A DNA stretch of 27,843 nucleotides from Ancylonema sp. (GCA_050230475.1 JBFLGF010000137.1:62001-89843); one strand, 5' to 3'; positions 1 to 10,802 are shown, numbered from the stretch's first letter. The notes: generated from the letters alone by a model not told the origin. Translations and numbers: made by a program.

Positions 1-442
1 CGGTCCGGGGCCAACAATGGAGAAGGCACCTTACAACCAGTTACAAATTGAAACAAGAAAAGTTTTCCCAAACGCTAGTCTCCGAACGAGAATACATTAC
101 GATTTTGTTGCCTTTCCAATGTCTGTCCCTTTTGTTTAAAGGACGTTCGCAACGCGTTCGGGAACCCATCGAATGATTCACCTCTCCTTCAATCAACGTA
201 TCGTATACACATAATGTGTTCACATCTTAATTCTTTTCATGCTCTAAGATTCGACTTTTTTGTTTTCCTTAAGTGGAAACAACAAACGGTTCACATTTTC
301 AATCCTTCCCTCTAAACTCTTTATTTCTTTTTGCCCTTCTCAACCATTCACCAAAAAGCTTACATGTACAACCACCCCTCAAAAATCCAAAAAATACAAA
401 CCAACTCGAAGCCTCTTCCACAAATTATTTCTCAACCCTTCT

Positions 443-3400
443 CTACTCCTCTTCCACCCCCTCCTCCTCCGACTCCCCCTCCTCCCCCCCCTCCTCCCCC
501 ACCTCTCGCTGCAGCAACGCCGCCTCCTCCCCCTTCACTCCCCCTCCCTTCTTACTCGCTGTCTTCTTCCCCCCCTCCTTCTCTTCCTCCTCCTCCTCCT
601 CCTCCTCCTCCTCGCTATACTCACTCTCCGTCTCGTCATCGAATACTTCTCCGTCGTCGTCCTCCTCCTCCTCCTCCTCCCCCTCCTCTCCCCCCTTCCC
701 TCCCACAGCTCCACCGCTCCCGTCTTCTGAGGTTGCGGTCAATCCGGACACACGAGTACCAGCACGACTCCTTTTGGCAACCTGGAAACCCAAAACACAA
801 ACCCCAAACCCCGTTTTTTTTGGGTTTGTCTTCTTTTTGGTCCTTTCAAGTAAGAAACGAAATGCGAGGGACAAGAAAGAGGGGGAACCAAACATCAAGG
901 GAAAATAAAAACAAGGGGAAGAACGAAGTAGCGGCAAGAAATAAGAGATTGAACAAAAAAGGAAGGGGAGAGGAGAACAATAAAACTCAACAAAGCATTA
1001 AAAAAAATCAAAACACTCGGGGGGGGATGGGGGGGGGAGGGGGGGGATCGTATTGAAATAGGGAATTTTTTTTTTAAGGGAACAAAGGGAAAGAAGGTAC
1101 GTATTAACCAAAAACAAAAAAAAAACAAGTAGTGAAAAACAAAAACGGAAAAAAAAAAAAAAAACACACAAAAACCCTCATTGGCTCCCTCCCCCCACCT
1201 TGATCTTCACCGCCACTTTCTTATCGCACCCAATCCACACGTCTGAAACACCAAACGCTGTCAACGCATACACGCCCTCCTCGTGCGCAATAAATTTCGC
1301 GGCCACCAACCGCCCCCCCCCCTTCACCCTCTCCCCCGCCTCCCTCACCGCCTCCTTGATCACCCCCTCCTTCGCCCCCCCCCCCTCCAACCGCTCTTTC
1401 GTCATTTTCTTCGCATTCGCGATTGCCGCCACGTCATCGCCGAACGAAACCCGTTGAGAGACCCAAACCGCATTCGCACTGGTATCCGCTAACAGGATCC
1501 AGAAGTGTTCCTCTACGGGGATGGCGAAATGGGGGGTGTGGGGCAGGGCGGCTGTTAGACCGCAGTCCCTCTTTACAGTCACCCACGCCTTGAAGGACAC
1601 GAGGTCGCCCTCCTGAATCCCCCCCTCCTCCCCCTCCGTCTCGCACGTCATGTCGAGGTCGATGTGGGGCATGAGACTGAGAACGGATTCCACGTCAGCG
1701 GATTCGACCTCGGATAGGCCACCCAGATTCGTTAAAAGGTCCTTGCGATCGCCAGCTGGCATTTCGCGCATTTCGGAGAGCGTTCGCACCTTCTGGGGAA
1801 CCCACAGACCACTCCCGATTTGACACCTGTCCCTGGTCTCTATGAGTGGGCTTGTTTGTGTACAGTGGTATGATACGCCCCTGTACCGGGTATACATACG
1901 AATGCCAGACTACTTTGGGTGCTTGCTACGCTCAGTTACTACAACCACCCCATTTCCACTACTGTAAAACGAGTCTTAACAATTACTGTGCTAATTGATG
2001 ACCTGTCTTATCTGATAGAAAATCTTCCACCCAAAATCTGACGTGTTATTGATAACCTGCTAAATCCTTATATTTTCCCGTTCCCGACTGTATAGTTTAT
2101 AGAGGTTTTACTGTGTTCTCTAAGAACCCACAAACCCCGCCCCCCCCCAACCTTCCTCATGATTTTCTTCACCACCCCCTCTGTGCAGTGAGGCAGCTGA
2201 AGAAAGGGAGCAGATCCCTCTGCGCTGCCAGTGGCCGCCACGCGGTCGGACACCTTACGGGCACTCAAAGGTACAGACTGAAAAAAAAGGGGGGGGAGAA
2301 TAAAAAAGGGGACCAGGTTCAGTGCACCCCGCCCCCCTTCTCTCGCTTCCCCCCCCCCCTTTCCACCCTTCTCCACCCTTTTCCCCCCATTCTCCCCCTT
2401 CGTCTCCCCCTTCCCCCTTCTTCATTTTCCCCCTTTTCAGTCCGCTTTCCTTCTTCCCCCTTTCGCCCCCCCCCCTTTTATTCCCCCCTTTTCCTTCCCC
2501 TCCCCCCCCACCTGCATGAGGCTCTGCGACAGCTCCATGACTCCGAGAGCGGGTCTGAGCCAACCGTAGGGGCTGGGGGGGCGGGGAAGGACCGACATCT
2601 GCACAACAGAACCCAGATAGTGTCACCTCTCGATATAACAACTCCCTCAATATGACGACTCTCTTCCTATGCCGACACATATTGTCCCATGTCCGTACCA
2701 GAAGCGCCCTCGATGTACCAACTCCTTCCGTACAACAACATACATTTCCAGTTGTATTAATCAGGGGAAAACTGTACCAAACTGCTCAGGATAGTTATTA
2801 CGCATCCCCCCCCCACACAACCTCCCCCCCCCTAACCCACCCCCCCCCCCCCTCCCCCCACCTTCATGAGCTCTTCCAGCAGCCGTGGCAGCAGCTGCTG
2901 CATGTAAAGAAAGTCCTTCTGCATACCTACGGAGACCTGGTCTGAAAAACGACCCAGAAGCGCAAGCAGGAGGAGCTCCGCCTGACAACAAATCACAGGG
3001 CGCCACGTCAGCACCCCTTGGCCAACTCCACGCCATGTCATGCCACAATCCCGTTCCGCCCCCCACCCCTCAACCCTCACCCCAACCCCAGATGATGTCC
3101 TGCCCCCAAATTACACATTCGCAACCTCAACCCCTAGACCTTCCCTCCACACAACCCCCTTACTTTTTACCTGGAAACTTACAACAAAGAAACTCCTAAA
3201 ACAAAAGAAGACCAGAAACAAAAAAAACCCAAAAAAACTTCCCCCCCCCCCCCCCCCAAGAACCCCTCCCCTCCCCCCTTCCCTCTGTACCTTGACAATG
3301 GGCGGATGTCGTTTCCAGAACTTAGCTGTCTCCTGCTTCAGTGCTTTGGGGTCAAGGTTCAGTTCTGAGCGCACGAGAGTGAACAGGGACTGGAGGGGGT

Positions 3401-6289
3401 GCTCGTCGCTGCGCCTCACAGGCATCTCAATAAACTCGCCAGCCATAGTGAGGACCTGGAGGACCTTACTGGGGAACACAGGAGAAGGGGGGGGAGGGGG
3501 AGGGGGGAGGGGGGGGGAGGGGAGGGGAGATGAGAAAGAAGGAGAGGGAGAATGAGTTTTCTGTTGATCCTGTGGGGATCGTGGGGGGATTTTGAGAGGG
3601 GATTCCGAGTCTCCGATATTATTTATTTCCTGATTTCCGTTTCTTGTCCGACTGGAACACTTCCATGTGCTGCTCTCCAGAATCAGTAGCTTCTCAAACC
3701 AAAATAATTAAAAGGGGGAGCAGGAGAAAGGAGGAAAAAATCACGTTCAGAAACCAGAACACGTTTTCAGGACACACGTATTGAGAATACACCCAAACCC
3801 CAGTACTGATACCCCCCCAACAACTCCCTCCACCTGCCCACCCCCCCAACCACCAACAGGTGTTGGTGGAAACCCCATGGCCTCCCCTCTTCTCCCCACC
3901 TCTCCTCCTCCCTACCTCCTCCCACCCCACCCCCCTGCTCAAAACCCCCACCAAATAATATCTACGTCAACAGCACCAGAAAAACCAGAACGAAACTGCC
4001 CCCCCCCCCCCCAACCTGGGCGCCAGCGATGGTTTGATGAGATGGTAGTAGTTCCCCAGCGTTGCTGTCATGATGTTGTTGCCGCTATAACGGGAGGCGC
4101 GAGACAAGTACACAACAACGAGGGCGAGGGGGAGGAGGATGCCGCAACCGACGAGGGCGAAAAGGAGGTAACCGCCCTGGGACCAGGGGCGGGAAAGGGG
4201 GGGGGGTGGGAGCATGTTGGACACTAGAACCCTACGTTCGTGACGTCTGGGAACGCTGAAACTTCCCTGACCTTCTATGAAGATCTACCTGTTTTGGAAA
4301 GTACATACCCACAGGAGGAGGAAACAGTGGAGGACAAGGAGGTCGTAGTGCAGTAGTAGAACTCAAAACGGAGTGAACCTGAATGTCTACCAGAACCTGC
4401 TCCTGGACCTAAAACCAGACTGGTAAAGAGACGACAAAGAGGACAAGGAGACAACGAGACGACATTAATCACCTTAAACCAATAAAAAAAAAACAAAAAA
4501 TAAAAAAAATAAAAAAATAAAATACACGAACTCGAACATCCAAAGAACAGGAAAATGGAAAAGCAAACTACAAATCTCCTCTTTTAAAACACAAAACTTA
4601 TACAATAACCGAAAGAAGAGGAAGAAGAAGATGAAGAAGAAGAAGAAGAAGAAGAAGAAGAAGAGGGGGGGGGGGGGGGGAAGAAACCAAAGCAAAAAGC
4701 AAGAACAACATCGAAGTGTCCAGCATCCCCCCCCTTACCTGTTTCCCCTGAATGTTGAGCATGAACTTGGGCAGAGCGATCCCCATCTCAATGGACTGCG
4801 CACAGAAGAAAGGGGGGGGGGGAAGAATCAGTGAGGAACCCGACATACAACCATACAGAACTCCAGCATCTCAAACCAGGAATAAAAACCTGAACCCGAA
4901 CCCCCCTAAACCCCGCCCCGCTCTGCAGTCCTGACGCATTCTCCCACATCCCATGCCACATCATCGAGTGTTGTATTGCCACCTGTCGTCCGTCCGGATG
5001 CCCAAACTCTTCCAGATTCTTCTTGGCCACCTCGTCCGTGAGCGCCTGGTAGGCCTTCGAAATGAAGTCAACAAAGTGCTTGTGGGCCTCTGGGACACAG
5101 ACGAAAACATGACGCTGTTAACAGCGAGGGGTATCGGATACGCATCCGAACCGCGTGTCCGACACGTGTCCGAATTCGTATCCGTATCCGAGGAGGATCA
5201 AGGGTGTGGAAGTAAAGAGAGCAAGACAACCCCCATGTGCCCTCTGGTTATGATGAACCTCTGCTTCCCTCTCAAACTCAACCTGGACCTGAACCGTAAC
5301 CTGAACCTGAACCTGGCCCTGAACCTGAACCTGAGGGCATACCTGGGTCCGGGTTTTTGTCCGGGTGGTACTTCCTGGAAAGGTCCCGATACGCTTTCTT
5401 GATCTCGCCATCGGTTGCTCCCGGTTGGAGGTTCAGGATCGAATACGGGTCAAAGGGCTGGATCTGCAAAGAGGACGACATGGGGTTTAAGGGGTAGGGA
5501 GGCGATGCTCACAGAGGAGAAAGGAGCATGGGCACTCAGGGTTATGGTCACGATGTTCAGATTCTCGTTAAAATCCTTTTGACGTCCCTCCAGCTCCAGG
5601 ATTCTGTGTTCCTCGAGTTCGTCGGTCGGTTGGTGATCTGATAGGTAGAGCAGTCGGTTGTTTGGTTGTTTGTTTGTTTGGTTGGTTGGTTTTGTTTGTG
5701 TATTCACCTCTTTGGTGATGAGCTGGATGTAGAAGAGGAGCACTGCGATGCAGCCCCACATGCAGAGGAGAACGACATTGCTGAAGGAGAGGAAGTGACC
5801 GACCTGGCAGAAGGGCAGACGGGCAGAAGGGCAGAAGGGCAAAGTGGCAGTATGGCAGAAAGTAGAAGAGAGGAGGGGGGACCAGTGGGGTGGCATTGTT
5901 GGAATGTCCCGGCCGTCCTAACCTCTGTGTATCGCAAATGATAACAAAGCCCCGATGTCGGGTATCTGCTGTCAGCAAAAGAATGCATTCATCTGTATAT
6001 GCCGTCCGCGACGTCAGTCCGCACGTTCCATCAAAAAATGATACGGACTTCTGTGTGACTGGCAGCAAAGCCAATCTTACAGTGGATGCCACAAACCTAC
6101 CCGGACGGCGACAGACGTCTGGTTTTTGGGTGCTTTGCGGCACAGGGAGCAGGTGCAGTGACGACTTTTCTCTTTTCCGGCACTAAACCACGCGATCACT
6201 CGATATAGCGTCCAGGGGGTGGCTAAGAGGGCGAGAAGAGACAGAACGAATATAGGGAACAAGGCGCTGATCTCATCTCGCTGCGCCAT
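443..6289 (-). CDS. ERDJ2: SEC63 / DnaJ protein ERdj2 (ER translocon J-domain protein), 12 coding exons, 724 aa
   Basis: Manual splicing with GT..AG at every junction and consistent phases. Exons: 6101-6289, 5708-5803, 5343-5463, 4983-5089, 4739-4795, 4016-4176, 3291-3468, 2862-2981, 2512-2598, 2152-2277, 1199-1792, 443-781 (2175 nt). Protein: N-terminal TM ([18 protein letters not shown]), CTCSLC loop, second TM, J-domain (FDPYSILNL...[17 protein letters not shown] with HPD), GHPDGRQ, GIALPKF, third TM, Sec63 domain (PFLQLPH, PHTPHF...[18 protein letters not shown]) and an acidic C-terminal tail. Confidence 0.95.
1962..2113. mobile_element. Degenerate ~150-bp MITE remnant (pogo/Tc1-like) in ERdj2 intron 10
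   Basis: Ends are TA|CTGTAAAAC ... GTTTTACTG|TG. The reverse complement of the right end (CAGTAAAACCTCTATAAACTATACAGTCGGGAACGGGAA) aligns with the MITE end at 17789 (TTGTATAACCTGTCCAAAGGAATACTGTCGGGACCGGGAA). Confidence 0.55.
4611..4662 (+). repeat. (GAA)n microsatellite followed by a poly-G run, intron 5
   Basis: Directly visible tandem GAA units. Confidence 0.9.
5274..5334 (+). repeat. (ACCTGA)n-like hexamer repeat, intron 3
   Basis: About 10 imperfect units such as acctgaacctgaacctgg. Confidence 0.85.
5806..5841 (+). repeat. 9-bp GGGCAGAAG tandem repeat at the 3' end of intron 1
   Basis: ggcagaag ggcagacg ggcagaag ggcagaag ggca, about 4 units. Confidence 0.8.
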
Positions 6290-6549
6290 GACGCATTCAA
6301 GTGCCTCTCGGTGAGTGGCTTAGACGTCACTCTGACAGCTGAAAAAACCTTCCAACTTTCTCAGAGACGTTGAATGTAAATCTGAGCCGTATGTCTTCGG
6401 GAGGAAGGTGAACGAGCATCTCTTGAACGAAGAAGGGGAGAAGAGCAGTTCCAGGCTTCCAGGAACTGATTCTGCCGCATTCGTACGTGCGGGGTCTCAC
6501 AGCTGAGGCACACAAAAACCTAGCATCGGCTAACGCCGTCTGACTTGGG

Positions 6550-6580
<31 letters not shown>

Positions 6581-7123
6581 GTGTGGTTCTAAATTTATGA
6601 GTCTTTCCCCCCCCGGGGTTCCGTTTTTTTAGGGGATTTTTTGGGGGTTTTTTTAGGGTTCTTAGGTTTATATGTTTTTTCATGTGAAAGATGCGAATAA
6701 TTGCTTTGCTTTGGTTTTGCTTTGCTTTGCTTTGCATTGATTTGGTCTTTGTTATTTGCTATTTGTGTTGCTTGGATTGGCATTCTTTATTTCTGTACTT
6801 TTTCACTTCTCTACTTATTTTCTTTTTTGCTTCTAATATTCTTGACATCTATTTTTTTCCACTTCTCCTCTTTTTTTTTTTTTTCTCTTTTTCTTTGCTC
6901 GGTTTGCTTTCCTTTGCTTTGTTTTGCTTCTCTTTGCTTTGAATGCAGTAGGAATGGAGGGTTGTAGTAGAGGGCCTAACACAAATGAAATCGCCTGTAG
7001 TAATGGAACGCGTACTTTTTTTTTTAGCAGTGGCGGAAGTGGTGGCCCTCCGCTTACAAGCCGTTGACCCCAAAAAACGAATGGAATCACGCGAAATTTC
7101 AAGAAAAAAAACGGGAAAAAGAG

Positions 7124-7201
7124 CCAATCACAGATCGACACGTCATCGATGCCACGTCACCATAGCAAAAAAAAAGGAATAGCCAATCAAAAACCGCCAC
7201 G
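7124..7201. promoter_or_regulatory. ER-stress response element cluster upstream of ERdj2 (2x ERSE, UPRE, pUPRE-III)
   Basis: CCAAT-N10-CACG at 7124-7142; TCATCG at 7143-7148; CCACGTCA (TGACGTGG on the minus strand) at 7152-7159; CCAAT-N9-CCACG at 7183-7201. Confidence 0.75.
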
Positions 7202-7889
7202 TCGTAGATGTGGACAAAAAAGTACGGCAAAACCTTACAAATAACGATTTCGTTTCGGCGACACTCCTACTTGGGTCTTGGAAAGACCGAAGTAAAAACT
7301 TTGTACACGCAAACCTCGATGTTAGAAAAATCTTCAATTTATTTATTTTTTGCGAAAAAAACACATGATGAGATGGAAAAAAAATACATTTATTTACTAC
7401 TACTTTTTTATCAGGGAAAAAAAAACAAAAAAACAAAAAACAAAAAAAAGTGAAGGAAACACAATGGGAACCCATGTCATTACATTTAGTCAGTAGAAAC
7501 ATATTTCTTACAATGTCGCGATCGCGCCGAAGGGATATAGTTCGATCCAATTGCACTAAAAACGTACGGTGCGCTTTCGGAAGCAAGGTACAAGTGTATG
7601 GCATTTTAAGAAAATCGAGACGGAGGTACAAAAGAATAGGAATATTGATGCCGCTCGCGCAAGAGTGACCTCATTGTGTACGTATGTATGGTACAGACGA
7701 TGGTCTTGCATGATCTTGCAAATAAAGTATAGATTACATGGAAATCATTTGGTACCAATCCACAATATGGAAAATGCATTTGCCTCTATTCGGGGCAAGA
7801 TATCAGGTTGTATCCAGTCATTTTTAGAGGTGGATATACTTTCACGATATTTGGATTTTTCTTTCTGTCGCGACGGAACTACAACATAT

Positions 7890-8230
7890 ATCGGGGCAAA
7901 ATGTTAGTTTGCTAGTTACTTGGTTTCGGTAGGGAGTTTCTGTTTCTTTACAACGTTCTCTAGCACATACAATCCATGTTAGGACGTTGCGATTGGAAGA
8001 GGGTATGGCGGTGTTACCCCCTCCCCCTCCGCGGGTGCCATTGGCGTCAGCAGAGTTAAGGATTGTTGCTCGGCGGTTTTAGGGTTGGGGTTGCTTTCCT
8101 TCTGGCGTTCCGGTAGGTTGGTACAATAATGTTGATGTTGTACTCAGATGGGGTTCCCATCGTGCTTTAATAAAATGCGTCTATGTTCTATTATTTAAAT
8201 AATAATTTATTAAAAAAAAAAAAAAAAAAA
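7890..8230 (+). mobile_element. 5'-truncated CRE-type non-LTR retrotransposon 3' end with poly(A) tail
   Basis: Diverged copy of 18821-19099. Encodes the ORF C-terminus (...VSVSLQRSLAHTIHVRTLRLEEGMAVLPPPPPRVPLASAELRIVARRF*). AATAAA at 8169-8174 and A19 at 8212-8230. No TSD found. Confidence 0.75.
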
Positions 8231-8862
8231 GATAAGTTTGTTTGTTTTTTCATTACCTGACACAAGCTAGATTCCAAACCTCGTATAACAAGTCACGTGT
8301 GGGATCCCAATGAATCGTGTACGACATGACGGATCGCTCGTGTCATAGCCATTTCACAGTAAAAAAATGAGTATGGTAACCGCCGACACCACGACCCTCA
8401 CGCTTTAACACACATACTTAGCAAACTTTTACACGTGAACGCAATACAATTCTAACAATTTTGTATGGACCAGCCAGAGAACGCATTTCCATGCCATAAC
8501 CAGCTACATTTATAAACCTTCAAAATGATCCTCACAACCGAAAGTGAAGCGTGACATTCTCTTTTTGTTTACGAGTAAAACGGTAAAGAGATTGGGCCAC
8601 TCTACATGACGTTCTAGTATGTCAATACGTCGTGTATATCACCTCGTAAGATCTCAAATGTAGCTTATGTGACACGTCGTTTTTGTAGCTACACGATAAT
8701 GACATATTATCCACTTCCGTGTTTCCTCTCATTGAAGTAAAACAAATGTCTACAACTTTTATAGAGAGCAAGGCAACTTCAGAGACAATTGACAAACATG
8801 ACCTAGCACCAATGGTTCGTTAGTTTCCAATTGATCACACTCGCCCACATTCACATGTTAAG

Positions 8863-9336
8863 TGTAAGGACCCTCGCTACAGTTACTAGGGCTCCCTAAC
8901 GAGGTCCCACACTTAGCGCTAGAGCGCTACTAGCCCATATATCTCTATAGCGAGTTCTCCCCCTTTATAATGAGATTTGTGTCCCTCGCGGCCGCCTGGC
9001 CCGAGTATTCTGCTGTGTCCATAGCCATTACAGTTGTGCCATTATCCAGATTCTGTTGTGCCCTTAGCTTTCCAATTTCCCCTTCTAACGAGTTCTAGTT
9101 ATCCCACATCTAGATTCGAGTTGTGATGGTCAACTTTCATTATATATAGTCCATAGGAATACCTTCAGAGCATTCCTATCAACTCATGTACTTGCATCTA
9201 TTGTGATCCCACCATACCAACCAAATCATTGATCATCGGCTCATTCGCCACTATCATATCGGCTCATTTCGCCATTGTCTTGTGTGTGCATTTGCAACTA
9301 GATTGCTAGGGGCTCCTTTGCATTTCGCCCCTAGCA
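8863..9336. mobile_element. Probable solo LTR (474 bp) of a family different from the copia in this window
   Basis: Starts TGTAAGGACCC and ends CCCTAGCA (TG..CA, imperfect terminal inverted repeat). Flanks are TTAAG / TTAAA (4/5 TSD match). TATA-like TATATATA near 9141. No second copy in the window. Confidence 0.55.
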
Positions 9337-10340
9337 TTAAACGTATGCGTGTCACGACTATTGTCGACAATTTCATCCTCTCAAGTCTTCTTCATTTCAT
9401 CAATTTTATTTGTTCTGTTTTGCGCATTTCTTGTTTTAATAATCAACCAACGAGTCAATATTCGTAATGAAAAATACGCCGGACCATCATGGGGTCGGAC
9501 GCCGGGAATAAATGCAAAGAGTTGCGTGAAAATGAGGAGATGGAGCAAAAACATCCCGATACGTTTTTTTTTTTTTTTTTAAAGGATAATCCGTAACAAG
9601 TTCTCGGGTTTTCGGACTCAAAATGTCATTTTCACATAAAGAGCATCGGAGAAATGACTTTGCATGACATTTCTTGCTTACGTAACGGTTTTGACTGAAT
9701 TTGAATGATCACCGTTTACTATATCATTATTTTTTTGTCTAATACCGGCATCAAAGTTACTAACTTCAAGGCTTACGTACCAACAACCCACCTTCTTCAC
9801 CCGCTATAACCGCATTTGGTTGCATGCGGGTGGCAAACGCGATCCCCAAGCACTACATGAAAATCCCGACACAAGAGATAACATTTTTATAACCATTTTT
9901 TTAGGAATCATTTTTCGGGCCTTTTTTTATTTTAATACTTAGACCATAGTTTGCGTAAGAAACATTTGTTAGACCACCAAATATTTGGAGATTCCTTGCT
10001 TTCCACTTCAGTGCACTCTAGATGTAGAGACAATATCATAGGCATTGGAGTTAATGTCAATATATCGAATGCTAGGGTTGTCACTATACACTACGAAAAT
10101 TGATAGGATGATCAGTTGCCAAATGTCACTAGTAGTGATGCACGAATTGAGAACCGGTTCCGAACCGGATCTTCACTTTCTCTCGATGTAGTGACTCACT
10201 CCATCAAAAGAAAGTGAAATTGCGGTATGAAATCGAGTTTGAAACGGTGTTTTATGGAAGGTGGATCATTTCAACGGCATTTCTAATATCATTCATTCGC
10301 TATCTCAAAATATGTTTAGATGACTAATGTCGGTACCTTT

Positions 10341-10793
10341 TATAAGCTTTTGAGTGATTAGTGCCGGAATAATTAGGTGGGCGACAAAACGAACCGTACG
10401 CAAAAGTATCTCTATCACTGATGATCAACGAGACAGGAGTTTCGTGTGTGGAACGAATAATTATTGTGATTGCATCGGGGATGGTAAGACCCGATGCGCT
10501 TTACAGATTGTTGTGTGCCGACGGTCGGCACAATTGACCGTCGGCCTATCATTGACTGTGACAACTCATCTACATGTCAACGGCACATGCCGGACATTTG
10601 CGACACGACTAAACAAGCCAATCATAACACGTCAAGCAATAACGTCTCTAAGTGTCGGCAACATGACAGGTGCCCGGATACAAACGTGCTCGGCCCCGCA
10701 TATAAGCACATCTAGGAATATTGCTCCCGGTTAGAGTAACCGGTTACAACTGGACTAGCAAGAAATCATATGGCTATCCAAAATATTCCAACA
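10341..10793 (-). repeat. 3' LTR (453 bp)
   Basis: Direct repeat of 16485-16923. On the minus strand it reads TGTTGGAA...AAGCTTATA. Confidence 0.93.
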
Positions 10794-10802
10794 CACCCCC
10801 TC
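10794..10802 (-). other. Polypurine tract
   Basis: GAGGGGGTG immediately before the TG of the 3' LTR on the minus strand. Confidence 0.8.

Noticed and set aside
260..1056. Plus-strand Pro/Ser/Leu-rich ORFs resembling extensin or formin
   Set aside because: They are antisense shadows of the Glu/Gly-rich last exon of ERdj2 and its low-complexity intron.
1178..1897. 239-aa ORF as a stand-alone gene
   Set aside because: It is ERdj2 exon 11 (1199-1792) with in-frame intron sequence at both ends.
6327..6967. Lys-rich and Phe/Leu-rich ORFs or uORFs upstream of ERdj2
   Set aside because: They arise from T-rich low-complexity sequence. A 5' UTR intron is possible but its boundaries cannot be supported.
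10133..10170. TAGTGATGCAC...GAACCGGTTCCGAACCGG, resembling a hAT element end
   Set aside because: No matching opposite TIR or 8-bp TSD was found.
10354..10734. 126-aa ORF with a related copy at 16558-16847
   Set aside because: It lies inside the LTRs, and the frame is broken by indels between the two copies.
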